In this document: in pieces, positions 14,281-29,489 of the stretch
How the letters are laid out: each line of letters begins with the position of its first letter
Position numbering within the stretch: the stretch's first letter is position 1
Source of the DNA: the human T2T-CHM13v2.0 reference genome, Homo sapiens
DNA: 64,000 nt
Assembly: GCF_009914755.1 (NCBI RefSeq)
Contig: NC_060925.1
Strand: one strand, 5' to 3'
Notes under the pieces: generated by a model
The model's database searches: none
Seen by the model: only the letters and a program-made list of their open reading frames with translations
Told to the model about the DNA's origin: nothing
Made by a program: the position numbers and the translations under genes

Positions 14281-16090
14281 GCTTTGCTTTTTAAGAGAAG
14301 TGCAGAGGCACTGCAGATTTTTGTAGTGCCCTGAGGTCTCGTCCAGAAACTGTGGTGTGGAGAACTGCTCCCCCTGCTGACTCACTGGGTGCCAGGCCTT
14401 TGCTTCAAGAACTACCTTAGTGTCAGATTGAAGAAGTCTGGAATTTCACAACCGACTTAGAAAGTGTGAAAACAGAAATAGTAAGCATTATTCCCCGCAC
14501 CCAAAGTTTGAACCTGTTTTGTAGAAGGGAGGAAGCGGCTCTAACGTGGATGAGAGTCAGCTGTTAGGTAGAGGCCTACTAGAAACACAGTTTGGGGTTT
14601 GCTTTCTCTCTCCTTTCTCTCCCCCTCTTCTTTCTTTTGTCCAGCTAGATTTAGGCCATGTGTATTTGCCAGGCTGATTTCCTTTCAGGACACAAGAGGC
14701 TTTATTGTGTTCCTCAAAGCATGTGGTCAAAGAATAACATCTGAAAGTCTACAGGATGCGTAGTTTTTCGGTCTGGGCTTAAGTTTTTTAAACTCCTCTG
14801 GAAATCAAAGGTGGCTTGTGTGACTAGGAAATCTTATACCAAACTCCATGTAGCTATCACTTAGCCATTCATCCCTGGGGACCAAATGAGTCCTTACATT
14901 ACCTAATGGAATCTCTTCCACAGGGATGATCCTTCACCTGCCTGAAGCAACCCAATTAGAACCCTTTCTGATACCGTCAACTTAAAGAATTCAGAAGCAT
15001 TGGTTTTTGTTAGGCCTTGGTAATTTTTCTGTAAATAATGATAAATGTAGTGAATTTGTCAAGGTATCTCTAGAGAAAAGTCGGCAAAAGCCACATACTT
15101 TTTTATTTCACTGGAGAAACTAACTCTGATGTTAGTCCATAATTGCTCATTCTGTCTAGCTAACAGAAAAAGAAATGCCAGCAGATAAAGTGATATATGA
15201 CCAGACAATTGCTCAAAGCTAACCACCTAAGGATTTACGAAAGGAAAAGGTAACCAGTAACTGGGCCTGGCAGGCACACAGAAGGCTCTAAATAAATGCT
15301 GCATGGACGCAAGCATGAATGAAGGGTACGCAGTGGCCTCATTTTTCCTTTGGACAATGTGGTACTTAATAGAGTAAAATCTTGATCCTACTTAGTTATT
15401 ATGTTTCATGTTTGAAAATACCATTTTAGATATATTGGGCTGAAAGGAGCATCTTCCCTCATAAAATCCTACATATGTAAGGAAGGAAAAATACTGTGAC
15501 TTGCTCAAAATCACCCAGGAAGACTGGGTCCAGCACTTTTTCCACCTTACCTCCACTTATTCTTGTGTCGCTATTGACCATCTGGGCCTGTTAGGAGAGT
15601 GTCACAATCATGGCTTCAGTGCCTGCACCTCATTTGAAAGGAGATGTTGAAAATCATCAGAGTAGCCATTCATTGCCACATGAAACCCCTCCCTTTACCC
15701 ATTCTCCATTCATTCAACTCTTCTTCATTAAGAACGTTCTGTATTCCAGGCACTGGGCTAGGCACTGAGGATTGAATGATAAACAAGATGGTCAAGTTTC
15801 CTGCCCTCCTATAACTGCCCCCATCAGTTAACAAAACCCTTATTTGTATTTCAAGTGAACAGAAATACCTCATTCTGTAAGATATACTCAGAATGTTGGA
15901 AAACCCCAATGAAGACAATGAATTATAATTTCAGAAGAATAAGATCAGTTTCAGTGTCACAGGATTTTTTATTGTCTGTCGTGCCTTTACTTTTCCCAGC
16001 GAATCCCTCCCGCATCCCTAACGTAGATCCTGATTTCGTGGTTGAAAAGGCAACTTCTAAAACACACGTTTTTACAAATTGTGATTTTAA

Positions 16091-16192
<102 letters not shown>

Positions 16193-16934
16193 CATGGACG
16201 CAACCTCAACCCAGCGCAGTTACAACTTCACTATCAGCGGAAGGGGAGAAAAACCGATTCAAATCAACTTGTACATGGAAACAGCAAGCATTATGGTCAA
16301 ACAGCAAAGGCCATAACCTTTTGGGATTTTTTTTTTTTTAAAATACTTTAGGGACTGTTGTAATTTCTCATATGGTGCTGGAAATGGTTGGGCTTTGTAA
16401 CATTTGAAGTGTTTCCATGGTAGCGTGAGCATTAGGTGACGTGGCTAGCGGAGGACTACCCTTGCTCACTGACTTCCTGTTGTAACACACTTTCCTTACG
16501 GAGCCTGGCTGTTTCACAGTATTTCATGAATTTACCCACACAGGTGTGATCCTCCTTGAGCATTGAGGAGGCACATGGAGAACTAAATCTTTTGTAGTAG
16601 CTGAGATCTGCAATATATAACGGGACAGTCAAAGGGCAATGTTTTTCTGTAACATATTGGAAAAAGAAAATGCAGTTATATTCCTTTTTTATTTGTTCCT
16701 TTAGTTTGTTTTGGTTCAGCAGTCAGCAGTTAAGTATATAACATGGCCCGCAAGGACAATGAATCCACTCACATTGCAGAACAATTCCGAAAATGGCAAA
16801 CTACTACTACTACTGTTCAGTTTTTTAAAAGTTTTGAAATGCTGCACTTACATTTAAAAAAACAACAACAACATTTTTTCAACAATTTCAACAATGACAC
16901 AAAAATTCACATGGAAATGGGGAAGATGGTCTGT

Positions 16935-16951
16935 TTTGACAGAAACTGACA
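16935..16951 (+). promoter_or_regulatory. miR-223 target site (8mer with 3' supplementary pairing)
   Basis: AACTGACA at 16944-16951, preceded by TTTGACA. Complementary to miR-223 UGUCAGUUUGUCAAA with a small bulge. NFIA is an established miR-223 target. Confidence 0.8.
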
Positions 16952-17472
16952 GGAATCAATCAAAACAATCGAATTTTGAATTGAGTAAAGTGCAATTTCA
17001 TTGGATAGCTAAATATCTTTGTAAGATAGAGATTGTTGAAAATTCTATTTTTGTTTTTCTAGTCCTTTCACCCCAGGACTCTAAATTATTGGGGTAAAAA
17101 ACAGCCTTGCAAGAAAAAGGGGAGCTATTTTTGCTTTTTATGTTTTTTATTGTTAAACTTGTATCCCTTTAAAAACTGAAGGAAATTAAAAAAAAAAAAC
17201 AAAAAAACAAATCTAATGGTGCTTTTACCACAATATGTTAACTACATTAAATGCTAATTAATTATTTTCTGTTATCAAAGCACATGACTAAAATGAAATC
17301 ATGGTATCTGTTAATTTTATAAGCTAGAAGTCACTATAATGGATTACGCCAATTCTAAAAAATTTTACACCTATCTGGCATCATAGGATTTATCAGTTAT
17401 CAGACACCTCATTGTACCAGAGATTGTCCAGAAGTTTTAAAGACCTTTGCATCCCTGAACTGGGCTATGGGA

Positions 17473-17510
17473 AATAATAATAGTAATAATAATAATAATA
17501 ATAATGATGA
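17473..17510 (+). repeat. (AAT)n microsatellite in the 3' UTR
   Basis: Seen directly; source of the poly-N and poly-Y ORF artefacts. Confidence 0.9.
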
Positions 17511-18821
17511 AACCAATACTGACACAAATGCTGGTGCCCATTCAGATCAAGGGTACTTGTTAGGGAAAAAAAAAAAAGTTTGCACCCCCAAACGTCCTGT
17601 ATCTTATGAAAAAAAAAACAAAAAACAAAAACAAAAAAAAAACACAAAAAACCACAGAAACAAAAACAAAAAAAAGTGCAAGTGATTTTTCTACCAGACA
17701 GCGAAGCACCCCTTTGCTTCCCATGCGACTTCAAGAAGGTTTCCTATACTATACATATATATACGTTCTGGTTGGCAAGCCCTGCTGATCAGAGAAAGTC
17801 TCTGCATGTTCTAGTGTTAGTAACTAATTTTTATATAGTTAATGTAGGATAAAGTAGAGTGCATTAAGACACAATATTGTAATCCCTACTCTAGGCACTT
17901 GCCTTTAAACTATGTTTTTCAGCCCTTCAGAAGGGTTCTACTACTGTCCTATACAATCAAGTAACTGAAATTCTTGGGAAGACACTTTGCTCCTCATCTT
18001 TCTCCCCGAAACAATGTTGTTTTGTTTTGTTTTTTTTCCTTAATTTGCACGAAAACAAAAATTCCATATCAATGTGCCTTGCCCTGGATAGCGATTATTT
18101 GTGGAATTGTTGCACATGCTCCTCTATTGAAAGGGGTTTTTCCCTAGTCAAGCATTTGGAGACACTTTTTGTAAATGTGACTTTTATGTCAGCCATCGTC
18201 AGTTTCAACATCTAGAACTAAATAGAAAGCTAGTTGTTCCGCAGATAGGAGTAGTCTTTATTGTCCTGTACGGTCGGTGGCAGTGCTATTCTGAGATCTG
18301 TAGATGCTTAGAATATCAGTATTTTGGATGTTGCTGCATTTTACAATTTATTTGGAGTCTTCCTTTATTTTCCCCCAGATATATGAAAATATGCAATACC
18401 TGCTTATATCATGTAGAAAAGCTTAGCAATTATTAATTTTTCTTTTATTTTTTTTTATTTGACCAAAGTCGGTGCTGCACTTGACGCAGTGTGTTTTAGG
18501 TGTTTGTCTTTGTACTTTTTTGTGATTTTTGAATGCACGTGCGCAGGAAGGGCTCCTCTTAGAGAAGCAGTCAAACTGTGAAGCACTAAGCTGACCCTGC
18601 TTCAAGCAATTTTGTTTTTACAACTGTTCCTTTCACAAGCAAGCCTTAAAAAAAAAAAAGACAACTTCCTTTTTCTTCAGCTCCCACACCCCATTTTTCT
18701 TAGCAGACTGCAGTCAATCCACATTCAATAAAAAGTATATAATGCCCATTTTTATATGCACGTTTTTAAACTTCCAAGTTCTGAAAATTGTTTACTGGTT
18801 ATCTCTATTTAAGGAAAAAAA

Positions 18822-18917
18822 AATAAAATAAAACATTTTGGATTTTCATATGTGTCTGATAAGTGGTTGAATAGTCGTTTGGCGCTGTTGTATGGTGTGA
18901 TTGTCAGTGTATGGTGT
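18822..18917 (+). terminator. Candidate proximal poly(A) site
   Basis: Overlapping AATAAAATAAA 18822-18832, CA at 18847-18848, then TGTGTCTG and two TGTATGGTGT copies (18889-18898, 18908-18917). Confidence 0.55.
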
Positions 18918-21226
18918 CACTTCCTATAGCCAGCCAGCATACTTTGCCTTCCCCTATAGCACTTAGCTGGGCATTACTTTATTATGACATATGTGCACTA
19001 AAAAATGAAAAAAAGGAAAAAAAGAAAAAAAAAAAGAAAAAATAGCAGCTTTCAGTGCTTCACAGTGAAGGGAAAAAAGCCTAGACAAACATTTTGTCAG
19101 AACCTTGCAATAAGCCAAGGTATTACCAGTAAATTGGTTGTATATACAATAAAATTGCACCCTTTTTTAAACAAAACAAACTAAGCAATAGTTTGGGCAG
19201 TTTTAGTTGTTTTTAGTGAGCATGTTGTAGTCATGACTGCAAAGAGAGAGAATAAACTGCCCGCTCAGAAGATATGTAATTTGTATTGTTGTATAGTTTT
19301 ATTGATTACACTGATTTATTCTACCCTATTTTATAATGCAGGACTTTTGTAATGTTGTTTAAATGAGGAAAAATTTCTGTCAAATTAGCCTAGTAAAATT
19401 TCTGATCGTTCATTATAAAGGCAGCGTTCATAGAATTGCTTTTCTTTCTTTTTACCCCCCCTTTGGGAACTGGATTTAAGTTTAAAACTTTCCTGTTTCC
19501 TTTTTTTTTTTTTTTTTGTAAGTATTTAAATACAATTATTTTTTTCTCTCAATGGTATAGCATATTCCTATGCTTGAGAAGTATAGGTCTACTGAAAAAC
19601 CATTGTAAATGGACGTTACAGGTATGCTGTATTTTTGAAGGTATTTTGTTGTATTAAGTTTGATGAAGCTAAAATTAGGGAACTCTGAACAGATTTGCAG
19701 GAAAAAATGTTTTAAAGGCTTTAAAACATTAGGGAGGCAGTCTAGGGTGATAACGAACAGGGGTTAAGTATTAAATACACGAAGTTACATTTTTGTTCAT
19801 GTTTCATTGTCCAGAAAGCAGCAGGAAACTATTCAGTTGTGATCAAGCAGGAAAAAAGAAACACCAACAGTTGCCAGTGTTTTTGCTTTTTAGCTTAAAA
19901 GCATAGTGAAGATGCTTGAGGAAGACTTTGCTACCTGGGGTGTGTAGACAGACAGACTGAGAGCTATCAGCATTTGAAGGCCCAGCCCTTGACTCTGAGA
20001 CACATTTGAATTTTTTCTTTCCCATCAAATGGCATTAACAAGATTGGGCAAAGATGAGTCCCTCAAATTTCTGTGTTTTTTGTTTGTTTGTTTGTTTGTT
20101 TTTTCTTTGGGAACTGAAGTCAGAGGCACGAACACTAACTCTTAGCATTTTTCTGTAGACTTTTTCTTCTGGCCCTTGTCCCTGCCAGCAAAACGCCCCT
20201 TTTCTGATCATTCGTGCGCAGAGGGCCTCCCAGTAATGCCACGCTCTCCATGCTAGAGAGCCTTCTCTTTCCTCTGAGGTTTGAACTGATGTTCTGTGTC
20301 TTCACACCCTGGCATGACAGTTACGTGTGGTCAGCCCGCTCCCCAGGCCCGTCCCTGCCGCCGCCAGGTGTGGGCTCTAGGCAGGCCGACAAGGTTACAC
20401 CTCCCAGAGCTTGTGATCTTCATTTTCTGACAGTCAAAGTGTGAAGGAACCCAGACTTCCCCGAGCCACGGTGTTCAGTCAGCCCACAGGAATATGCAAG
20501 ACCCATCTCCAAAAGTTTGTCTTTGATTTTTTCCAAGCCCTTAGCCCCATAAGCTTTGAATCCTGTAGTTACAGTGGCATAAAGGACTGACAAAACCTGG
20601 ATAAGGAAAAACCTTTTTTTTCTATGAATTTTTTTTGTTTTTTAGGGGAAAGGGATTCTAAGAATGTCATTTAATGTACTTTGCATCATGTCTCTAGAAA
20701 TATCTTTGTCCATAGTGGTGGTGGAGTCTCTCTCTCTCTCTCTCTTTTTGTTTGCTTCTGTTTTCTTTCTTGTCTTCATTCTTTCTTTTCTTTTTTATTT
20801 CTGGTAGCAGGCCTCCATAGAACAAATCTAAAACACAACCACCATAGTAATGTAAGGAGAGCTTCAGTGGCACCTCAAAACCCACCCTTCGAGATCTGTC
20901 CAAAGACAGTCTCAGAAAGCTGCACTGCCCACCGGCTCAGCTTTCATTCAAAAAGGCTTCCAAGGCCAATTCTGTCTTGAAGTCAATGCATGTATTTACT
21001 GTTTGACAGTAAACCCGCTCTGCCTTCTCCACGTCCAAGGCTGTGCATTCGTCTAATTAGCGTCGTGTATGTTTTCCTTTTATTTTTTCCAATAAAAAAG
21101 CAGTGGGATGAAAATTGCTTTGATATATAGCAGGTAACATTGAAGCTATTCCATAGCACTTAACTGTAGTGAATACTGTGTCACCAATTTTGAAATCAAT
21201 TTAATGTTTAATGCAAATCCATTACA

Positions 21227-21234
21227 TGGTGCTA
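21227..21234 (+). promoter_or_regulatory. miR-29 8mer site (7mer-m8 sites also at 16373-16379 and 17217-17223)
   Basis: TGGTGCTA / TGGTGCT seed matches, three in one UTR. Confidence 0.65.
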
Positions 21235-23580
21235 TTATAGGCTGACAAAATGATTTACACAAATGTGACAACTTGGGCTCAATTCACTCTGCTTTCCAAC
21301 AGTGTAAATGCATAGCAGTGTTTATCTGCATGAGAACTATGCACTAATCTATCTGAAGAAAAAAACTATATCAACTTTGGTATCTACTTTCCGTTTACTT
21401 CAATCCTTGCCTTTTTGGTCATTGTTATAATGCCAGCTTTAGGACAGAAAGAATTATAAGAAAACCAGCATAATACCTGATATATTAAAATGTAGTGCCT
21501 GTGAAATCTGTATTATATTGCTCTTCTGAAGTAAGATTTTTCTACACCGGTAGCCTTCGCTGTCTGTCAGTCAGGACCTTCTGGTATAGGTGATGTAAAA
21601 TAACCGTACAATATTAATGCATGCGATTCCATAATGCTTAGTGAACTGTATGAATATTACTCAAAGTTATGTTAGTCTTTTTTTCCGACTTGGTTCTTGT
21701 CAGCTAGGTTTAAAGGTATTTCACTGAGAACGCAAATTCTGTCTTTTCTTGATTTCGGCTGTTTTCAGTATTTTGGAGGTATACATTTACTTAAATTCAG
21801 TATTACTCGTGTTTTGTTTTTGTTTTTGTTTTTTGTTTTCTTTTTCCTAGGGGACAAGCATGGGTGTTTGATTTCAGAAATCAGTACCTGGCGAGATTTT
21901 TGTCTCAAAACGACTATTTGAATTTCAAGAACTGTGCTGCGAAGACACTCTGAGAACATTTGCAAGTCAGGGGCATTTTCCTTGACCCTTGACTGATGCT
22001 ATGCGGAGACTGATACATTTTCTTAATGGACAATGTTCAAGCCAGGTACCCATGCTTGATCTGTCTTCACACCAGACCTCCTCATATTAAAAGGAAAAAT
22101 AAGAAAAAAAATGTAAGAAATCACATGGCTATTTAGTTTCATGCACAGTTGCAATATTTTCTTCAAAAATAAAACTCTGTACAAACTTTGGGCCCGATTC
22201 ATAAGAAAAAGAAGTTTGCTATTAACACGGGATTTTTTTAATATACTTTTTTTGGTCTAAATTTGAAATTACTTGCTTCCCAAATTAAATAAATTTCATC
22301 TCATTTTTTTCCCTAAACCAGCACCCATCTGCCTTTTATTCCCCAAAGAGTTACCTTTCCCAGATTAGGGGGATGGTATGTGGGGAGCAGATAGCGGAAA
22401 TGCTTAGAAAGATAAGGGGGACCACCCACAGCTGGTCGTGAGAACAGGGAGACAGTGTGTGGGGGTGGGACCTCATCTGTGTGCCTGGTATCCTGAGTTT
22501 TACATGTAGATGCATTCGCCTATTTGATTCAGAAAAATAAACTTTCCCAAAATGTGTCTGAACCACAAGAGCATACAGTGGAAGTGCTACCTCTAATCTA
22601 ACCAGAGCACCTTCATGGTGGAAGACACCCACCAGGTCATACAATGTGAACTTTTGTATCTCTGCAGTGGTTTCAAGGACAAATAGTGTCCAATGTATTG
22701 GGCCATTTTTCCTGCTGTTTTTATACTCAACTTCTCAAAATGAAAAAAGCTTTTATTTTTCCTTTGACTTATTTGTGTTGTTCTTATTTTTTAAATTTTT
22801 ATTTTTTGATAATAGTCTGTAAGTTAGCCTTTTTGGGTTTTTTTTTTTTTTTTTTGGCTTTTTTTTTTGTTTGTTTTTTTTTCTTTTGACATTGCAACCG
22901 AAGGTCATAAGGCCGCTAGCTCCGCTGGGACAGAGGCTTGAGAGAACTAACGGCTCGGTGCCTTCTCCCTGGTCTCAGACCATCGTCTCTGCACTGCGAA
23001 GGCATTTGGTAGCCTCGCCACTGAGATACTAACTAGACCTAGACTAGGAGCTTTATCAGGTTCTAGGAGGTCCTTTAGGAAGACTCTCAAAGGCAAATCC
23101 CTGATCCCCCGCCCCACCCTTAGCCCTGCCCTCTCACCAGAGCAAAATTCACTGGGGACTTTTCCCACCACACATGGAAATCTGTCCACTCGGAATACCT
23201 CTGTTTTCCATTTCAAATTGTAGGGGGAGGGGATGGAACACTTCCAGTGATGGTAAGAGATCTGTTATGAAACGAAACACCCCCCGTGTTAATAACTTGG
23301 TCTGAAATCTGTTTTTATGAGCCGGGCCCCCTGTGCCTCTAGTATACTTGTATTGACTCTCATAGTTACCCTTTTAGTTTTACTGTGTTCTGTGAAAATT
23401 TGTAATTGGTTGAGAATCACTGTGGGCGTCCATTCTTATTCAACTAAATCTCCACAGGTTTTTTGAGCTGGTGTGGATTAGTTTAACTCTTGTATTCAAC
23501 CATTAGTGCTACCACCTTCTCACATTACAATACAATTACTGGAAGCAAGTACTGCATTTCCTATGCAACAAAAAAGGAAA

Positions 23581-23586
23581 AATAAA
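23581..23586 (+). terminator. Distal polyadenylation signal of NFIA
   Basis: AATAAA; plausible cleavage near 23601, followed by TGTGTCATCATTTGCTTT (GU/U-rich). Coincides with the change from repeat-free to repeat-rich sequence. Confidence 0.8.
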
Positions 23587-23844
23587 AAATTGCTAATGCT
23601 ATGGAAGCTGTGTCATCATTTGCTTTACAGCATGCCTGGGTGATTGAGTGACAGTCACGGGTGTGGACTGGAGGCTCCCACAGAAGATGGTCTTTATGCA
23701 CCATGGGGTTTGTCAGGCACATAGCATCCTTGGCTGTGTTCTGATGGGCAGTGTTACTTTTTTCACCTACTTGGACAAATACAGGATTTGACACTCACAT
23801 AGTGTTTACTGTGTGCCTGATATTGTTCTGAGTGCTGTATAGAT

Positions 23845-24420
23845 TGTATCAGTTGGGGCCCAATCGGGAATCAGGAATAAGATTCAATGGGTTTTCCAAC
23901 AGGGGCTGTAAAGTTGCCTAGGTATTAGTAACTGCAGGATACAGCCACTACCCCTGGAGCTGGGGAAACCGAAGGGAAAGGTGGGCTTACCAGAACCTAG
24001 GCACTCAAGGAGGGACACCACACAGCTGATATTTGGGTCTTTTCTGAGGGAGGTGGTCACCACAAAGGTGGGGACAGCACATGGCCAGTGGCCAGACCTC
24101 TGAGAAGACATGGGGTGCTGGTGCTAGAATCACTGCAGAGAATGAAGGGGAGATTAGTACTTTCTGAGGAGGTGAGGTGTGGCTGGTGCCAGAGTGCCCA
24201 AAGGAGCTGGAGGCTGCAGGTGCAGCTGTTCTCTGCTGCGGTGGCATTGTGGACAGAAACTGAAACCAGAAAGAAATCCCTTCGCCCTCTTCCTCCTCCT
24301 CCTCCTAGGCTCCTGCCTGTGTCTCCCCTGGGCTGGACCTAATGGTAGCCGTCAGGCAAGGGAGTCTGGAAAAGGTAATGAGAAAAATATCAGCCCCAAC
24401 CCCACGAAGCAGAATATAGA
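23845..24420. mobile_element. Ancient LTR fragment (LTR78/LTR79-like)
   Basis: Starts TGTATCAGTTGGGGCCCAATCGGGAA and contains AGTAACTGCAGG..GCCACTACCCCTGGAGCTGG, resembling old ERV LTR consensuses; subfamily uncertain. Confidence 0.4.
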
Positions 24421-24865
24421 TGAGACAGCTTGGAGACAAGACGATACATAAATAACAGCAGACATATCTCAGTCCATTCAAACCTCACAGCCACCCTGGG
24501 AGAGAGGTACTGCTTTTATCCTTTTATAGATGAGGAAACCAAGGCAGAGGGAGATTAAATAATTTACCCAAGGCCATATGGTGTGTAATTGACAAAGGGG
24601 GATTTGAATCCAAGAAATCCGGCCCCAACCTCCATCCTATAATCACTGCAATATATTGACTCTATTAATTATTTATTCAATAAATACTTATTGAGTGCCT
24701 ACTATGTACCAGAGACCATGCCAGGGGCTAGAAATAGTAAAGATTGGGCATCTATGCTGATAGAGTATGCATTCTAGTGGACAAACGAAACATTCAAATA
24801 ATGTTTGAACAGCAGCAGAGGTAAGCATGTGGTTGTGACATGTGCCATAAATGTTATACATTGTT

Positions 24866-25339
<474 letters not shown>

Positions 25340-25406
25340 TTAGGTGAAGACATTGTGGGACCTTGCAGGCAGGTTTGTCCTACCTTCTAAGAGCTTTATA
25401 AAACAT

Positions 25407-25720
25407 GTATCAATCAGATTAGACTAGGTCTGTGCTGTCATACAAACAAGTCCAAAATCTCAGTGGCTCGCAACAATAAAGGTTTACCACCGATTTTACA
25501 TGTCTATCAAAGGTTGCCTGAGGCCTCTTCACAGGATCTCATTCCGGGACCCAGGGTGAAAAGTAGCTACCATCTGGACCACTGCTGGATGTGTCAGCAA
25601 GGCACATAGCTGGCTTTTAATATTCCAACTGGAATTGACACACGCCACTCCGCTCACATTTCACTGGCCAGAACAAGTCACCAGGCCATGCCTGGGTTTG
25701 ACAGGACCTAGAAGGATAAT
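25407..25720. mobile_element. Old MLT1-family MaLR LTR
   Basis: TGTATCAATCAG...AAAATCTCAGTGGCT..CAACAATAAAGGTTTA...CTCACATTTCACTGGCCAGAACAAGTCAC. Confidence 0.6.
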
Positions 25721-26639
25721 CCTTCCCCGCGGAAGGCTTAGAGAACATTACTGCAGCCTAGTTAAGAGAGGAGAGAGAAGTAGGACCTGAGTGGAGAGGG
25801 CTGCCAAAGAAAGCTACTGCAGCAATGGAAGAGATGACAGACTCCCAGGCTGTGGTGCCCATGATAGAATGTAAGAGAAGTGGATAGATGCGAGAGATTA
25901 ATACGGGTATTAATAGCCACTGCATATTGAGCTCTTTCATGTGCCAAGTGCTATAGGTGATTTATCCCATTAAATTGAATATGTTCTCTCTTATTGTAGC
26001 TCTCAGAAAGGTATAGTCAGTCCTCAAAACACATTGCTGACTCAAGTGAATAGAGCAATTTCACATGTACATGCCTTAGAGTTTAAGTTAGACCAAATCA
26101 GTCACTACCTTATTTCAGTCTTGAGTATTTGGGATTAAGAAATTGGAATGAAAGTCAGCCGACACCACCCCTTTATTGACATACTCTATGACAAGTGGTG
26201 TGTAATACTGGGCTCAAAGGGAAGGTAATGCAGTGATCAAAACGATGGACTCAGACCCAGTCAGCCTGGGTTGAATCCTGGCTCTGCATTTTATTAGCTC
26301 TGTGGTGTTGGCAAGTGCCTCAGTTTCCCCATTGGTAAGATGGGAATAATTATAACAGCACCGAACTACTTCATAGGGCTGATGTAGATTTTTGATGAGT
26401 TAAATTTTGTAAAGTGGTTAACAGTGGCTTGGCATATTGTAAATGCTATGTGAATGCTGTAACTAACTCAACAAATGATTCCAAAATGTAGGCATAAGGC
26501 ATTCTTTCAGTGCACCATTGGCATAAACCTTCTTCCTCTTCCTGATCATTTTCAGGCCTCTATTTGGGGGAATTCTGAAACCTTTCATCTAACACCTGCC
26601 TCAACTAAGTAGGAGGAAGTAGCATACAAAATTAGTCCA

Positions 26640-27150
26640 GGAATAAAGAAAATGTGGTATATATCCACAATGGAATATTATTCAGCCATAAAAGAATGAA
26701 ATTCTGCCATTTGCAGCAACATGGATGAGCCCAGGGGACATTATCGTTAAGTGAAATAAGCCAGGCGCAAAAAGGCAAATACTGCATGTTCTCACTCATG
26801 TGAAAGCAAAAGTTGATCTTGTAGAGAGTAGAACAGTGGTGACCAGAGGCAGGAAAAGCGGTGTGTGCAGGATAACAAGTTGGCTAATGGGTACAAAATT
26901 ACACTTAGGATAAATAAGTTATAGTGTTCTTATAGCGTAGTAGGATATATGTAGCTAACAATAATATATTGTACATATCAAAATAGCTAGAAGAGAGGGT
27001 TTTGAATGTTCCCAACACAAAGAAATGATCAACATTGGAGGTGATCGATATTTCAATTAGCCTGATTTTATCATTACACATTGTATACATTCATTGAAAG
27101 AACACATGTACCCCATAAATATATATGATTATTATGTATCAATTTAAAAC
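26640..27150 (+). mobile_element. L1 3' end (L1MA-type)
   Basis: AAGAAAATGTGGTATATATCCACAATGGAATATTATTCAGCCATAAAAG...GCATGTTCTCACTCATG...ATGTACCCCATAAATAT. Confidence 0.9.
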
Positions 27151-27159
27151 TTAAAAGAA

Positions 27160-27458
27160 TTTTTTGAGATGGAATCTTACTCTGTTGCCCAGGCTGAAGT
27201 ACAGTGGCACAGTCTTGGCTCATTGCAGCCTCCACCTCCTGGTTTCAAGCAATTCTTGATCCTTGTGCATCAGCCTCCTGAGTAGCTGAGATTACAGGTG
27301 TGCGCCACCATGCCCAGCTATTTTTTATATTTTTAGTAGAGTTGGGGTTTTGCCATGTTGCCCAGGCTGGTCTTGAACTTCTGGCCCCAAGTGATCTGCC
27401 CACTTCAGCCTCCCAAAGTGCCCGCCAGGATTATAGGCGTGAACCACTGCACCCAGCC
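27160..27458 (-). mobile_element. Alu inserted in the L1 tail
   Basis: Full dimeric Alu, reverse strand; TSD AAAACTTAAAA at 27146-27156 and 27459-27469. Confidence 0.92.
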
Positions 27459-27470
27459 AAAACTTAAAAA

Positions 27471-27515
27471 TGTATGTGTGTATATATATATACATATATA
27501 TATACATATATATAC

Positions 27516-27579
<64 letters not shown>
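27471..27579 (+). repeat. Compound (TA)n/(CA)n/(TA)n microsatellite
   Basis: Seen directly; abuts the left arm of the inverted duplication. Confidence 0.95.
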
Positions 27580-27580
<1 letters not shown>

Positions 27581-27582
<2 letters not shown>

Positions 27583-28179
27583 GCACCATTGCACTCCAGC
27601 CTGGGCGACAGAGCGACACTCCGTCTCAAAAAAAAAAAAAAAAAAAGAGTGGATTTCCCTGGCAGTCAGAATACCGTTAAGGAAAATACGAACCAGAGCC
27701 AGGTGAGGCCATCTCTCTGGGTTCCATCCAATCTAGTCTGGTGCCCGATGCTTGGAACTGTGCTTCCCAGCACATTCTCATCCATGTTCATTGAGCCATT
27801 CGGACTTCTCTCTTGAGGGCGGCAGAGATTGCTGCGTTCATTTTACCAGTGAGGAAACTGAGACTCCGAGGTGCAGTAACTTGCTTAGTGTTATGTGGCC
27901 AGTAAGTGGTGGAAGTGGGACTCACAATCCAGTCCTCTAGTTTCAAGCCAGGCTCCTTTCCACTATACAATACTGCCCTCCAGGGTGCCAGGGTTCTTCT
28001 CCTTGGAGAGGCACCAGAGTAATAGTTGTTATGTGGTTGATACTGCGCTGGGTGTTTTACATGCATTAATTTCATTTAACCCTTTTAATGACCTTATAAG
28101 GTAGTTACTATCCTTATTCCCATTTTACATATAGGGAAATTGAGGCCCTATATGTAACTAATAAAATGACAAACCAAGA
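27581..28179 (+). repeat. Left arm (copy) of a ~600-bp inverted duplication
   Basis: Reverse complement of 28630-29255. ORF track shows twin peptides on opposite strands (MELCFPAHSH.. 27752+ / 28874-; MASKWWKWDS.. 27895+ / 28710-). Confidence 0.97.
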
Positions 28180-28565
<386 letters not shown>

Positions 28566-28629
28566 TAATAGAAATATGAAAGGAAAAAAAATGAATCCAG
28601 GATCTGAGACCAGACACACTGGGCTTAAG

Positions 28630-29489
<860 letters not shown>

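Noticed and set aside
17609-21845. Long-range pairing of the A/C tract (17615-17637) with the T/G tract (21811-21840) in the 3' UTR
   Set aside because: A 23-nt complement exists, but both tracts are low-complexity, so the match is uninformative without structure-probing data.
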